NCBI GenBank assembly: GCA_964016885.1
Contig: OZ024744.1
Coordinates: forward strand, 112,096,001 to 112,160,000
Source: Eledone cirrhosa
Taxonomy: Eukaryota
Reading direction: 5' to 3'
DNA length: 64,000 nucleotides
Shown piece by piece: positions 13,400 through 26,345 of this stretch. The notes under the pieces are model-generated. The model searched no databases, was not told where the DNA came from, and worked only from the letters and a program-made list of their open reading frames with translations. Within the stretch, counting starts at the first letter, position 1. Every line of letters begins with the position of its first letter. A program made the position numbers and the translations under genes.

Positions 13400-13782
13400 C
13401 TCTGTAAGGTGGTCATGTAGATGCCATAACAAAAAGCACCCTGTCCACCCTGGAATATGGTTGGCATTAGGAAGAGCATCCAGCTGTAGAAACCAAGCCG
13501 AAATCAGTTCTGTATGAGCAAGATATGGTCACCTGACATCGACTTGCTTCAAATAGGACAACTTGTCTAACCCATGCTTGCATGGAAAATGGACGTGAAA
13601 TTATGATAATAATTGTTTCTACTTTTTGGCACAAGGCCAGCAATTACCCAGTGCATTACTGGTACTTTATTTTATCGACCCCAGAAGGATGAAAGGCAAA
13701 GTCAACCTCGGCGGGATTTGAACTCAGATCGTAAAGGGACGTAACTCTATGTTGGAAAGCATGGCGTCCGACCCTCCACCGA
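13400..13782. mobile_element. RTE-tail SINE (+) followed by Meta-SINE (-)
   Basis: ttggcattaggaagagcatccagctgtagaaacc...aacccatgcttgcatggaaaatggacgt, then the Meta-SINE reverse complement at 13611-13782. Confidence 0.75.
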
Positions 13783-13789
13783 CATGTAT

Positions 13790-14140
13790 ATAAGTAGTAA
13801 TTGGTACAATTAGATTGATTCACAGGCGGTATGCCAAGGTGAGCACTCGATGCTATCGGGGAGCAGAGTATCAATAATAATAATTAGGGAACAAAGAATC
13901 AGTGTAGCATCATATATATATATATATTTAATCACGTTACATATGTTTCACTGTCGATCAGCTCGAGAAACGAGATGTGAGTCTACATGTGAAAGCACAT
14001 ATGTGAGGAGCTTTTGATTCCAGAGTCAGGAACAAACATAATCAATCGTTCCTTGAGCTGATCGGCATTGAAACAAATGTAATATGTGATTAAATATGTA
14101 TTTGATACAACACTGATTCTTTGTTCGATAATTATTATAT
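13790..14140 (-). mobile_element. Penelope-like pseudo-LTR relic in inverted-repeat form
   Basis: Arms at about 13875-13967 and 14052-14138 are diverged reverse complements. Homologous to the 24821-25572 element (ctcgagctg...GAAACAwATGTA; tail atactctgctc...gcatcgagtgctc). Confidence 0.55.
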
Positions 14141-14429
14141 ATATATACATGATGGCTGCCCCCTCGTTATCGAGTATGGCCATTGCACGATATACCATTA
14201 TCAATAATTAGTAATAAATTCTATCATGCAATGCCTGTGCGTGAAGATGTTTATTAAAGTACCAGTAATACACTGGGGTAATTGCTGGCCTTGTGCCTAA
14301 AGTAGAAACAATTATTACAGGGTTGATAAAATAAAGTACCAGTAATACACTGGAGTAATTGCTGGCCTTGTGCCTAAAGTGGAAACAGTTATTGTATTAT
14401 TACTATTCGCTGACGAAAACATATATGTG

Positions 14430-14625
14430 TGTTGGGTCCCTCTTGAGTGCAACTGGTAACATGTAACCCATGTACAGCCTGTGTCATGGTCGGGTCGTCG
14501 GCGACTAAACCGGCAACCCCACCAAGTTTACTTGGTGAGGAGGGGGATTTTGGACACCCTGCAGGACAAAAAACAAAACCTGACAAAGGGTGGAAGAACT
14601 CATAAGAGTCAACGGCCATCCAAAA
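14430..14625 (+). mobile_element. Dispersed repeat, probably RTE-LINE 5' region or a derived SINE
   Basis: Clear reverse-complement homologue at 61858-62010 (ggacaccctgcaggac...aaaacctg...gagtcaacggccatccaaaa). Confidence 0.55.
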
Positions 14626-14646
14626 GTGTGTAAATATATATATACA

Positions 14647-14718
<72 letters not shown>

Positions 14719-14737
14719 TAAATTTTTTATAGATAAC

Positions 14738-14811
14738 TATTTCATCTGATGAACGGGCTGGACGTTTCTGTAAGAATCGTCTAGTTTCTTGAAACCTTTG
14801 GTAATGGAATA
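14738..14811 (+). ncRNA. Type I hammerhead ribozyme with long stem II
   Basis: tatttcat CTGATGA ...ggctggacg/cgtctagtt... GAAA cc-ttt-gg TA atggaata. All three stems pair; lies inside a (TA)n-flanked relic. Confidence 0.8.
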
Positions 14812-14917
14812 ATTATATTGTGTTGTTTATTATGTAATTAAATAGCTCTGTACAATATATAGAGCACTCTTCTTTCCTTTACCTTTTCTACAGAATACTT
14901 AACAGCTAATATATACA

Positions 14918-14969
<52 letters not shown>

Positions 14970-15004
<35 letters not shown>

Positions 15005-15309
15005 TTCACGCCCGCTTTTCCCTGCTTGCAAGGGTGGGACAGGAACTGATTCTGGCTGCCCTTCCTAACACCAACCTCATTTACAGTGAGTGCTGGGTGC
15101 TTTTTGCCGTGACACCTCCACAACCACTTTGCAGTGAAATGATAGGGACCCCAGTCCTTATCATCTCATTTCTACAGCTGAGTAAACTGGAGCAATGTGA
15201 AATAAAGTGTCTTGCTCAAGGAAACAACACATCACCCGGTCTGAGAATTGAACTCACAACCTTTCGATTGCAAGGCCAATGCTCTAACCACTAAGCCATG
15301 TGCCTCCAT
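14970..15309 (-). mobile_element. Composite SINE (same family as 2700-3040)
   Basis: High identity to the 2700-3040 copy; (ATC)n tail on the plus strand. Confidence 0.8.
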
Positions 15310-15545
15310 AGAGGAGACTGAGGTTAGCTGGACATGCTCACCGACATCCAGAGTTGACATTGCACTCAGTGCTCCTTTGGGAGCCCCTACATGGACACAC
15401 TAGAAGAGGAAGACCAAGGTTAACGTATGTTGATGTCCTAAAGACAGACACTGGTCTGTTGGAGATGCAGGACATGGCAGCGATAATGAGGGACAGAGAC
15501 CGCTGGAGAGAACTCGTCCATGGATCTCGGGAATTTTACCCGCCT

Positions 15546-15548
<3 letters not shown>
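15310..15548 (+). mobile_element. RTE-like LINE 3' fragment
   Basis: [12 protein letters not shown]...LLWEP...[10 protein letters not shown]...RDRWRELV; near-identical to 40110-40346. Confidence 0.8.
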
Positions 15549-15599
<51 letters not shown>

Positions 15600-15649
15600 T
15601 TAATATCAACAATATTAATAAATGGAAAATATCTTTATAAAACCTTATT

Positions 15650-15710
15650 TATTTTATTATACGTATTTCAAGGGTACTAATATTGAAGTACGCTTTCGTC
15701 AGATAAAATA
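15650..15710 (-). ncRNA. Type I hammerhead ribozyme
   Basis: Minus strand: tattttat CTGACGA aag-c-gtact...agtac-c-ctt GAAA tacgta TA ataaaata. Perfect 8-bp stem I and palindromic stem III. Confidence 0.8.
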
Positions 15711-16252
15711 TATTAATTGGTGTCAAGATAATGATATATCATCATGTGAACATAAATTAGAAAAAAAAACGAAACTTCCTCGTTTTTTTCCTAATATATA
15801 CACTCTGCATGTACATAGAGTGGTTGCTTCGGTAACAACACCAATAATTCATTGAATCACCTACACTATATATGTATATATGTATATATATATATATATA
15901 TATAATATATATATATATGTTGACTATTGGGGGTTGACTAGAAAAGCCCAAACTCTACTCTCTCCAATGCCAATGTGAAAGGGTGCATTATCTACATGAT
16001 GTGGAACATATTCTATCAACATTGCCCAAATTATGTTGGTATCACCTTTAAACTACACCTAAGGCTTGAGCCCTGTGATATCCACCCACAACAAAAATCA
16101 AACATTACGGCACAATTATTTCACCTCAATTTGTTCCACTCTCTTTAAAATTACACCAAAACACATTAAAACAGAAACAGATCCCATAAAATTTAAAATG
16201 TCTTTGGATAAATTGCTTCGAGTAATTCTGGATATATATATATATATATATA

Positions 16253-16460
16253 TTTTTATTTTATAGAAGGAGCTTCTACAGGACTAGTACTGTTTCATTC
16301 AGATGAAATCTTCAGGAAGCGCTTCCTGAAGATTTCATCTGAATGAAACAGTACTAGTCCTGTAGAAGCTCCTTCTATAAAATAAAAAAATTTTACTCTG
16401 CCATGTATTGAGTACCTTACTTACTGTGGTTATCCCCGACTCAACCCGGGACCTACGTAT
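16253..16460 (+). mobile_element. Penelope pseudo-LTR palindrome (68-bp arms) plus about 70-nt tail, in (TA)n
   Basis: Perfect inverted repeat 16253-16320/16321-16388 with axis ggaagc|gcttcc; tail present only on the right. Confidence 0.75.
16321..16369 (+). ncRNA. Type I hammerhead ribozyme (mirror copy on minus strand 16272-16320)
   Basis: gcttc CTGAAGA t-ttca-tc-tgaa-t GAAA cag-tactagtc-ctg TA gaagc. Stem II is weak. Confidence 0.7.
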
Positions 16461-18525
16461 ATACATATATATACATATATATATATATATATCTGAAACT
16501 CTCTACTTGAGTAGGCCATGGTGTTCAAAACATGACTGGGATGTGAATCATGATTTGAAAGATGAAGTTAACCACTAGCACAATTGGTCTGATGAGCGTG
16601 AACATTTAAACACTGCATTGAGGAGAGTAAAGCAACAAAGTAACACTTAAATCTACACAAAACAGACAAGGGAGATAATTCCAAATTTAAAAATAATTAA
16701 GTAGGTCAACTACACCAAAATATATTAAGGAGAAAAAAGATATGCAGTTAAGGGGTGGAGAATTAGTCAGATCTTTGGCAAGTATTCTGAGTGACAAACA
16801 AGAACATGTTTTAATCTTATTAAACATCATTAGCTAATTATACAGACATCAACCATGACTGCTAGATTTTATAAAAAATGCACATATGTAAGTTTGACAT
16901 AACATGGAGACTAATGTTAACACTATGTATAATATGTTCCATATATATATATATATATCTACCACAATGATAATATATTTATATATGTATTTTATTTATT
17001 TATTTGCATTCCAGCCGAGGGGCTGAGGCCACGCTGGGGCACCGCCACTGCATATATATATATATATATGTTTGTATGTATATTGTTATGCACAGATGTA
17101 ACACAATAATTAATGTAAAATTACTCAGGGTCGCCTTCTTCATGTACAATACATAATAAAGTGTCATCGCAATATGTCAAACAATGTGGAATTAATAAAG
17201 ATAGAATACTATTCTTCAAGTAAATGATATATTGAGAATATTGTAAAAATACAATTTTTTTTTTTTTTTTTTTTTTCCTTAAATTTTATTTAATTGCCTT
17301 CAACTGGAATAGTAAAAGAAATCAACGCAAGTGTATAATTAATCACATCTCTTGTAAAGAGAACAAAGTGTTGCCTCAGAAAATATTGGAAAATTGGAAT
17401 ATATTGAATATATTATTTCAGAGAAAGTTTAACTCTGTACTACTTGGAATTGCATTAATGAGACCAAGAGAAGCCCTCCAGCCAGTTTTCTGTTAGCATA
17501 TGTAGAGTATATATTGATATTATACTCAAATGTATATACATATAGATATGATACATAAATTGAAAAGTAAATTGACAATATGCATATAAATTAACAAAGA
17601 ATGTGTTACATTTTCTTCTGTAATCAGTAAAGTAATCCATGAAACATTTAAAAAAAGATGATAATGAAGATGGAAAAGTGATATATAAGCATTATGATAT
17701 AACAGTGAAATGTTACGATATGAATGCTAACGGAAGTTGACATTTGAAAGTTTTAACAGAAGTGAATCTTGAAATAAGCAATACATTTTTTTATATATAA
17801 GATTATTTATGTTTAATCAAGAGCTAAAAAATTTAGTAGATAAATTACATAAAATCCATTCATGATTTATTTAAAGTAATCCAACTTATTTTAATAATGT
17901 GATGTAAAATAATAAACTGGACACAGTCTCGCAGTTCTCCAATCATTGTATATAAGATTGACAAATATAAAACAGTTCTATTACTGCATCATATGAAAAT
18001 CTAAACTCTTTACTTTAGTTTACTGCAAATTTTCACAATGATCTGTTCACTAATATAGATATTATAAACATTTGAATTAACAATGACCATTTTAAAAGAT
18101 ATTTTCTGTTAAATCATTACAAGATGTTAAGAGTTAAGGAAAATAAACTGGCAGCAGAGTTTGGCGCATTACTCCGAGTAAATTTAGCCATACTCAAAAC
18201 CACACTCCATTACTTTTCTTTTGAAAAAGAGGTCATAACCTTGAAATTTTTATGAAATATAGGGTAAAATTGTAAACTGTTGTTTCACTTTTTTTCCTTT
18301 ATTTTAGTCTGCTTTGGTTTTCACTCCTGTATTTTTAACTTACATTGAACCAGCTTTTCACAAAACAATCATAACCACATATCACAAAATGTTTCATATA
18401 AATTATACTGCCTTCTTCTCACCAAGCCAGAGCCAGGTTGAATTTACTATGATACTAAGAATATACTGTATCAAAAACACCAACAGATGACATGGAATAA
18501 AATTGAAAATAATATAGTTAGTTAC

Positions 18526-19185
18526 CTTTGGGAATTCCGCCTCTGATGATGGGGAGTCACTGTTATCAACTTGTCTATGCATATCAATAGCAAAATCCCC
18601 CTGTAAGTCCTTACTTTTGGTCTTTTGAGACAACCAGTTGTCTGTGGTACCACCATTTAATGGTTCCTGTTTGAGTCTCTTCTTAAGGGCAAACATCTGC
18701 CTGATTGTAGTTGACCCTTCACTGTTTCTGTTATCATACACAGACCTTATCTGGCTAAGTTTTATCAATGGTAATTTCGAATCAACTATACAACGTTTAT
18801 GCCGGTTCCGAACCAGATTTGAAGGATTTAAATCTGAAGAATTAAAGCTTTCATAGTGCGACTGGAATGAGATTTGATAGTTTTCGTCGTTGTCAAAATC
18901 AACAGGCTCCTGCTTGATGGTGGCGGATGTGGTGGCAGTAGCAAGGGAAGCGTTGGAAGTAACAACAGCTGTCACTGTTGCTGTTGTGGTTGTGGTTGTT
19001 GTTGCTGCTGCTGTTGTTGTTGTTGTTGTTGTCGTTATTGTCGTTGCACTGATATTGTTTTTGGTGATGTTTTTCTCTAGAGAGGAAGGGTTTGTTGCTT
19101 CAACATCATCGACAGTGTTCTCCTGGCTTTGGCTACTGGTTGGTGACAATACTGGTGACGACCCTTCAGTCATCTTCTTACCACT
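18526..19185 (-). CDS. Host-gene exon (660 nt, phase 0-0), low-complexity Ser/Thr-rich segment of a probable nuclear/transcriptional regulator
   Basis: Acceptor tgtttctggtttcag|AGT at 19185 and donor AAG|gtaact at 18526; open frame. Possible start ATG at 19173; poly-Thr/Ala; two SUMO-consensus motifs IKQEP and LKQEP; basic KKRLK. No family recognised. Confidence 0.75.
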
Positions 19186-19257
19186 CTGAAACCAGAAACA
19201 GACACAGAGATGATGCCATGTTAAATGTTTTATAAACAATATTTCACATATCTTTAT

Positions 19258-19272
19258 ACTACTACCACCACC

Positions 19273-19316
<44 letters not shown>

Positions 19317-19500
19317 TACTACTACCACCACCACCACTACTACCACCACCACTACTACCACCACCACCACCACCACTACTACTACTACTACCACCACCAC
19401 TACCACCACTACTACTACTACTACCACCACCACCACCACCACCACTACTACTACTACTACCACCACCACCACCACTACTACTACTACTACCACCACCACC

Positions 19501-19531
<31 letters not shown>

Positions 19532-19895
19532 TTACCACTACTACCACCACCACCACTACCACTACTACCACCACTACCTCTACTACCACCACCACCACTA
19601 CCACTACTACCACCACCACTACTACTACTGCTACCACCACCACCACTACCACTACTACCACCACCACCACTACCACTACTACCACCACCACTACTACTAC
19701 TACCACCACCACCACTACGACTACTACCACTACCACCACCACCACCACCACCGCTACTAATACTACAATTTCTACCCCTACTACTACTACCACCACTACT
19801 ACTATACTACTACAATTTCTACCCCTACTACTACTACTACTACTACTACCATCAATACCACTACCCCACCACTACTAGTAGTAGTAGTAGTAGTG
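19258..19895 (+). repeat. Compound (ACT/ACC)n trinucleotide microsatellite
   Basis: Direct inspection; lies in the intron just upstream of the exon acceptor. Confidence 0.95.
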
Positions 19896-20699
19896 ACAGT
19901 AGTATGGTGGAGTGCTAAAAAGACTAACTGTCGCCCCCCACAGACACACCACTAAAAGATCAAGAGTTCAAACCCTGCCAATATCATCCTCCGACCCCAA
20001 CCCTGACCCGACCCATGTACCACTTAGTAAAATCCTACATTGTTTGCCACAACCTATGTATGAAGCAGCAGACACCAAAGGCCAACTTACTTCTCTCTCT
20101 ATTTATTGCTTGGCAAAAGACAAAATAGTTTTCTTTTTTAATTCAAAACATATCCTTAAAAAACAAAAGGCAGAAATAACAAAAAAAAAAACAAACAAAA
20201 AAAAAACAAACAAACAAACAAAAGAAAACAAACAAACAAGAAAACTAAAATTATTATAAAATAAAAATGTTGAAGAATGAAAATAAAGTGTGATTTAAGG
20301 TCTCCCAATGAAGAAAATATTGGAATGGTGGCAGGGAAGGTAGGTTATTTCTAAGTTCATTATTACACATTGTATTGTTATATGGGTTTAAAGTTTAACC
20401 CTTTTCGTGTGAACTCAGCTAAAACTAGCTCTGTTTCTATGAAACAAAATCACCCAGTTTAAACAGTTCTTATATAAATTAAAATCTTTGAAGTTACTAC
20501 CACATTAATGAAATAGTAATTTTTAGTAAATCCCTCAAAAATTCATCATTGATTAATTGAATTAGGGTATATATTTCATTATAAGTATGTCAAATTCCAC
20601 CAAGATCAACTTTACCTTTCACCTTTCTGGGATCAATAAAATAAAGTACCAGTCAATTATTGGGGTCAATGAAATTAACTTCTTTCACTTATTTCTGAG

Positions 20700-21190
20700 A
20701 AGTTCGTGGGGGGCAAAGTCATCAAACATGCAATCCGGTGGGTCCTATCAGAAGCAAACATCTCCAACTGATCTGGCTAGATTTCCAAGTGAGACCAGCT
20801 AAACTCATGGATGTTATCGAACCATCTTGCTCAGGATCTACCCCTGGGTCTCTTGCTGGCTGCTTTTGCCTGTAAAATCTGTCCAGTGATTCTTTCCTGA
20901 GACATTCTAACCACATGTCCATATTATCAGAGCTGTGATCTCTCAATTCAGTGATTCTTTCCTGAGACATTCTAACCACATGTCCATAGTATCAGAGCTG
21001 TGATCTCTCAATTCAGTGATTCTTTCCTGAGACATTCTAACCACATGTCCATAGTATCAGAGCTGTGATCTCTCAATTCAGAGAAGTAGCAGCTCTACCT
21101 GGAGCGACAATTTGATCTCCGAGCTACCCCCATTTCAGTTGTTTGTATTTGTGATCATATTCTTTTGATTATTATCCAAGATTCATGACT
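20700..21190 (-). mobile_element. RTE LINE 3' fragment with a 65-bp unit triplicated
   Basis: Minus strand encodes LLLL*IERSQL*YYGHVVRMSQERI...PRGRS; the unit repeats at 20884, 20949 and 21014. Confidence 0.75.
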
Positions 21191-22414
21191 ATAAATTAAC
21201 GTTCCACTCCTCCAAATTGCTAACCTTGTACCACTATTAGAAAGAATTATAAGTATGGTTATGAAAATGTTAAAGGGTTAAACAACACAAAATATATGAA
21301 TGGTGGGCCACAATATGGAATGGATCTCCATCATTTTTTATGATGAGTATCCAGTTGTTTGATCAATGGAACAGCCTGCTCATAAAATATGCAAGTGGCT
21401 GTGTATTCTATAGATGAATATCTATAGGACATAATGCATGAGAAGACTCAACCTTTGAATTACAGGTATTTTGTATCATAGAGTAAGTGGTTGAGTATTC
21501 CACAGACATATGTAACCTTAATGTAGTTGTCATGGAAATTCAGTGTGACATAGTGCATGATAAAACTGATCTATTGCATTACAGGCAGAGTATATCTGAT
21601 AGACTTCCAAACATTTTCCATTTACCAATTTCACTGATAAAGGTTTGGGTCAACCAAAGGCTATAATAATTAACACTTACCCAAGATGTTACACATCCTT
21701 ATCAAATCCAACACCTTATGATTCTGAAGCAAACCTCTTAACTATTCAGCCATGCTGTAACTAACTTGATCTTAATGAATGAAGAATTTTGAGTGATTTA
21801 CAGAAATTCTTAATTATTTCATTACTAAGATAGTAACTTAATGTATGGCTCTTATAAAAAATTATATTGGAATATTTAAATTTAAATAGAAAGGCATTAA
21901 AATGAATGGTTGTGTTTCATAGAAGCAGAACTAGCTTTATCTTATGACAATGTTATTTGTAGTAAGTTAGTTATATTGTATGAGTTTCTACACATTGCAC
22001 TGTTATACAGTACAAAATTTCTTGAATTAAATGTTTTACTCATATCATCAAATTGTACCTACTACTGCCATACACTCTTAAACCTATTAAAAACATTTCA
22101 CCCTGTGATACAAGCAAGATTTATGTATGGTTTCACATTCTATTGTGTGCACAGGAAAGGTTATCATATCTTTGACACAACTGATGAGTCATCTTAACCC
22201 ATTGTTTGGCAAGCTTTCATCACCTAGATGCCTTTCCTATCACCAATCATTTCACATGGTGCACTGGATGTATTTATTGAGTAAATCACCAGCGCTAGTG
22301 ATGCTATCATGTGTGTGTGTGTGTACATGCAAAAAGTAATAGACACAACAAAGCAAACAACACAGTATAATGAAGAAATATGTTTGTTTATCACTTGATA
22401 CAGTAAGAAAAGAG

Positions 22415-22450
22415 TCTTTATGTTTCAGACACTAGTCCTTCATCAGAAGA
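22415..22450 (-). ncRNA. Very minimal hammerhead-like motif
   Basis: Minus strand: tctt CTGATGA a ggac-tagt-gtct GAAA ca TA aaga. Stem III essentially absent. Confidence 0.45.
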
Positions 22451-22594
22451 TAGAATGAGAAATAAATATGAAATAGAAAGATAGAGTGAGAAAAGGAAGA
22501 AACAGAAAAAAAAAAAAAACATTTGAGAAAAAGCACATGTGTATTGAGTCAGCCATTTTGGAGAGAAAAAAATGTGCATATATGTATGTATCAT

Positions 22595-22805
22595 CATCAT
22601 CGTTTAATGTCCATCTTCCATGCTAGCATGGGTTAGACGGGAGTTGTTCCACTTGAGACAAGATTGGTCGGGTGACTGTGTCTCGCTTGTATAGGACTAT
22701 CTGGCAGGTTTTCTACGGCTGGATGCCCTTCCTAACATCAACCACATTTACAGTGTAGACTAGGAGCTTTTTACTGTGATATATCTACATTACAGCGTGG
22801 ACTGT
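22595..22805 (-). mobile_element. RTE-tail SINE
   Basis: catcatcatcgtttaatgtccatcttccatgctagcatgggtt...ggatgcccttcctaac; same family as 12585, 26140 and 42450. Confidence 0.75.
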
Positions 22806-24371
22806 GTTTTTTTTAAATTCATTTTGTTTTTATTTATATATATATATAACGTAATCCTGGTATGTTTATATACAGTTTTTCTTCTAACTTTAATTTTATA
22901 CCTAATTGTGTATGGTTGACGATATATTTAATCGATTTCCACGTGCTATTGAAATGCTGGGTAAATATTCTATAACTGTTGATCGCGAATAGATGGCTGT
23001 CGTTTATTTATCTATTATTTCTTCATAGGTGCCTTTTAATCTTATAGCCTGGTTTAATTGTTTTTTTTGTGTGGTTGATTATGCTTGTTGGGAGAGGAAA
23101 TGGTGTATATATCTTATCAAATGATTCTATGGACATATTTTATAGTATATATATATACACACACACACACAAGTGTTTTTCTCAACCAGCTCTCTTTCAC
23201 TCTGCTGCCTTTTATGTTTAAACCATAACAAGTTGGTAGATATATTCCCCTTAACCCATGAAATGGAATGGAACTTACCAAAACTTAAAACCAACCAAAT
23301 ACTAAAACAAACAAACAAATAAACAAGCATGCAATCACTACATAAAAAAAAACAAAAAAAAAACAACAAATCAGAGTAAAAGAAGCTCTGGGTATCCATT
23401 CAGCTGTATAATAGTGTTATTTTTTTATCTGAAATAGTTTCCGCGGCCCTTGTAAAATATTCTATTTTGAGTAACAAGATTTTCATCGTGTAAGTTTTTA
23501 TCTAAATAATCAACAGCCCTCATCTATTGATAAAAAAAAACTGCAGTGGAAAAAGAAGCCATGTAATATACACTCTGCTATTTTTTACTTTTTGGTTGCT
23601 TTGTACAATATCAGGCTCAGATTCTGCAATTCTCTTGAGGACAATTTCTGACGCTCGTGTTGCAAGGTTTATATTGGACTGTGTTAAAAAAAATGATATA
23701 TCCTTTACAACATCACTATTAACTCAATTCAACCAGTTTACTTTCAAGTGTCCATATTCTGGTCTTGTTGACTGTCACGTAAACCATAATGACCATGTAT
23801 ATGACCTTTTATGTCTGGTTTCTATATGTCAAGTCATGGTCTGAAACAAGACATGGTTAAATATCTACTTATTGCTCATACATTCTATATTTTGGTATGG
23901 TTTCTCCTGCTGGATACCCTTTTAACAACAACCACTTTGCAAAATGTAATGAGTGCATTCTATTATGGAACTAACACTAAAGCTTTACATTCTATTGTGG
24001 CATCAGCATTAACCCTTTACAGAGTGTACTGGGTGCATTCTATTGTGGCATCAACATTACCACCTTACAGTAGAATCTACAGAGTGTGTTTTATCAAGAC
24101 ACCAACACAACCACTTTCCAAAGTGTACTGGGTGAATTTTATCATGACACCAACACAACCACTTTCCAAAGTGTACTGGGTGAATTTTATCATGACATCA
24201 ACACTACCACTTTACAGAGTGTGCTGGGTGAATTTTATCATGACACAGCATTATTGTTTGATTAGGTCTGGCCTGAAGTAAACAACAGGGTTTATTAATT
24301 TGTTTTAATTTTTTTTTTACGACTAACATGTCTGTGATGTGTTTAATGAGAAATTCTGCAAAGAAAAGGAG

Positions 24372-24406
<35 letters not shown>

Positions 24407-24409
24407 AAG

Positions 24410-24786
24410 TTTTATTTAAATTGTTGGGTTAACAACGAGTAAATATTTATAACTGATATAAAAGCACTCAACAAGTATTTGGAGTATATTTACGATATTA
24501 AATAAATGGAAACTATATTTATAAAACCATATTTATTTCATTATATATATTTCAGGGATATCATATTAAAAATATGTTATGCCTTCTTCAGACAAAATAC
24601 AATATAAAATCAACTTTTCAAATAGAAGTCGAAGTTGAAAGGTATGTCGAATCTATCTATTTATAAGACTGTTTATATTGTATTTTGTCTGAAGAAGGCA
24701 TAACATATTTTTAATATGATATCCCTGAAATATATATAATGAAATAAATATGGTTTTATAAATATAGTTTCCATTTATTTAATATC

Positions 24787-24789
<3 letters not shown>
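24410..24789 (-). mobile_element. Penelope pseudo-LTR inverted repeat (arms 24491-24608 / 24672-24789) with tail to the left, in (TA)n
   Basis: Arms are essentially perfect reverse complements around a spacer of about 63 nt; each arm contains a hammerhead. Confidence 0.75.
24681..24746 (+). ncRNA. Type I hammerhead ribozyme (mirror copy minus 24534-24599)
   Basis: tattttgt CTGAAGA agg...cct GAAA tatata TA atgaaata. 8-bp stem I with two GU pairs. Confidence 0.75.
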
Positions 24790-24820
<31 letters not shown>

Positions 24821-24827
<7 letters not shown>

Positions 24828-25567
24828 AGAAAAAATAGAATCATTGTTGCAACGAAAGGAATTTATTGGACATATTACAATTGTTTCTCGGGCGGCCAGC
24901 TCGAGGCACGATCGATGCGGTGATCACACCTGACTCTGAAATCGCGCAGTCCTCGGATACATCTCGATTCTACGAAGCAGATTTTCCTATTGTCCTTTAA
25001 CAACGAATTCTTTCGTTTGTTGATTTAGATCCTGTTGTTGTCATTCCATGAGTGGTCAAGAACTGTACACGTCACTGGTATTTCTAGCCACTCATGGTTT
25101 CCCACTGTTTGGTTCTTCTCCTTCTCCTCCTGTCAATCAAAATTTCTTCATACATCAGAATTACTACTGTGCTGGGAGGGAGAGGGGCTGTAATCTTGCA
25201 CAACTGGCATCACTTCGACGTCTTCATTGTCCCTAGGCGCCCTTGTCCACAGCGGTCAGGTATACACCCGCAATTATACTGTATGCGGCAGTCATTGTAA
25301 ATAATGTTTGGAGGGAATTTTTAAAAAACAAATTATAGGGATATTTAACATAACATTTCCAGGACACAGCTCGAGAATACCCTCCACCATACATATTTTC
25401 TTTTTGTGCCTCGAGCTGGCCGCCCAAGAAACAATTGTAATATGTCCAATAAATTCCTTTCGTCGCAACAATGATTCTCTTTTTTCTGTGATATCATACT
25501 CTGCTCTATGAGGGCATCGAGTGCTCAAACGGCCTACCGCATATGGACGCTTTAAGCATCCAACACC

Positions 25568-25572
<5 letters not shown>
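24821..25572 (+). mobile_element. Penelope-like relic with inverted arms 24821-24909 / 25406-25494 and a 3' tail, in (TA)n
   Basis: 89-bp inverted repeat with few mismatches; GAAACAATTGTA half-core; bulged-hairpin tail; (TA)n on both sides. Confidence 0.6.
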
Positions 25573-25613
<41 letters not shown>

Positions 25614-25819
25614 AAAAGAGTATTGACACAGATAAGCGATATAATAGGGTTTATTCCAAGCATTTACATTTACATATGTTTCATCTGCAGGTGTTAACTT
25701 GATTTTTGTCCTGAACTAAGGAAATCCCAAACGATATCTCATTTACTTTTATTTATATCTATATGTGTATATCATCATCATCATCATCATCATCATCATC
25801 GATTAACGTTCATCTTTCA

Positions 25820-26345
25820 CGTGCAGGAGAGGAGGTTGCGTTGGTATAGACATGGGATGCATATGAAGGATGATAGCTGCATAAAAAGGTGCAGAGCACT
25901 AAAAGTCGATGGAAGTGTTGGAGTGGTGAGACCCAAGAAGACTTGGGATGATGTAATAAAAGCTGATCTTGCCCAATTGCACGTCTCACAGGACCGAGAT
26001 CTCTGGCGTTATACAGTAATACAAAAGACCCGACTTGTCATGGGCACGGGCCGAAGCTGAAGCATATATATAGTATGCACCACCCCATCCAACCCACTCC
26101 CATAAGGACAGTCTGAAGTATAATCCAGTGAAGCCTTCAATCCACACTGTAAAGTGGTTGTGTAGGTGTCATGACAAAAAGCACCCAGTACTCACTGTAA
26201 ATGAGGCTGGCGATACGAAGGGCATCCAGCTGTAGAAACCAAGCCAGAATCAGTTCTGTATGAGCAAGACATGTTCACCTGGCCTGGCATTGCTCACAAT
26301 AGGACAACTCGTCAAACCCATGATGTTAAATGATGATGATGATGA
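25820..26345 (+). mobile_element. RTE LINE 3' fragment followed by RTE-tail SINE
   Basis: QERRLRWYRHGMHM...RPKKTWDDVIKADL...DRDLWR, then SINE motifs ending in (GAT)n. Confidence 0.75.

Noticed and set aside
19225-19878. 217-aa poly-Thr mucin-like ORF
   Set aside because: Pure (ACT/ACC)n microsatellite, open on both strands, antisense and intronic to the real exon.
23527-24281. ORFs of 105 and 156 aa
   Set aside because: No recognisable domain or splice framing; the second is largely SINE-derived tandem repeat.
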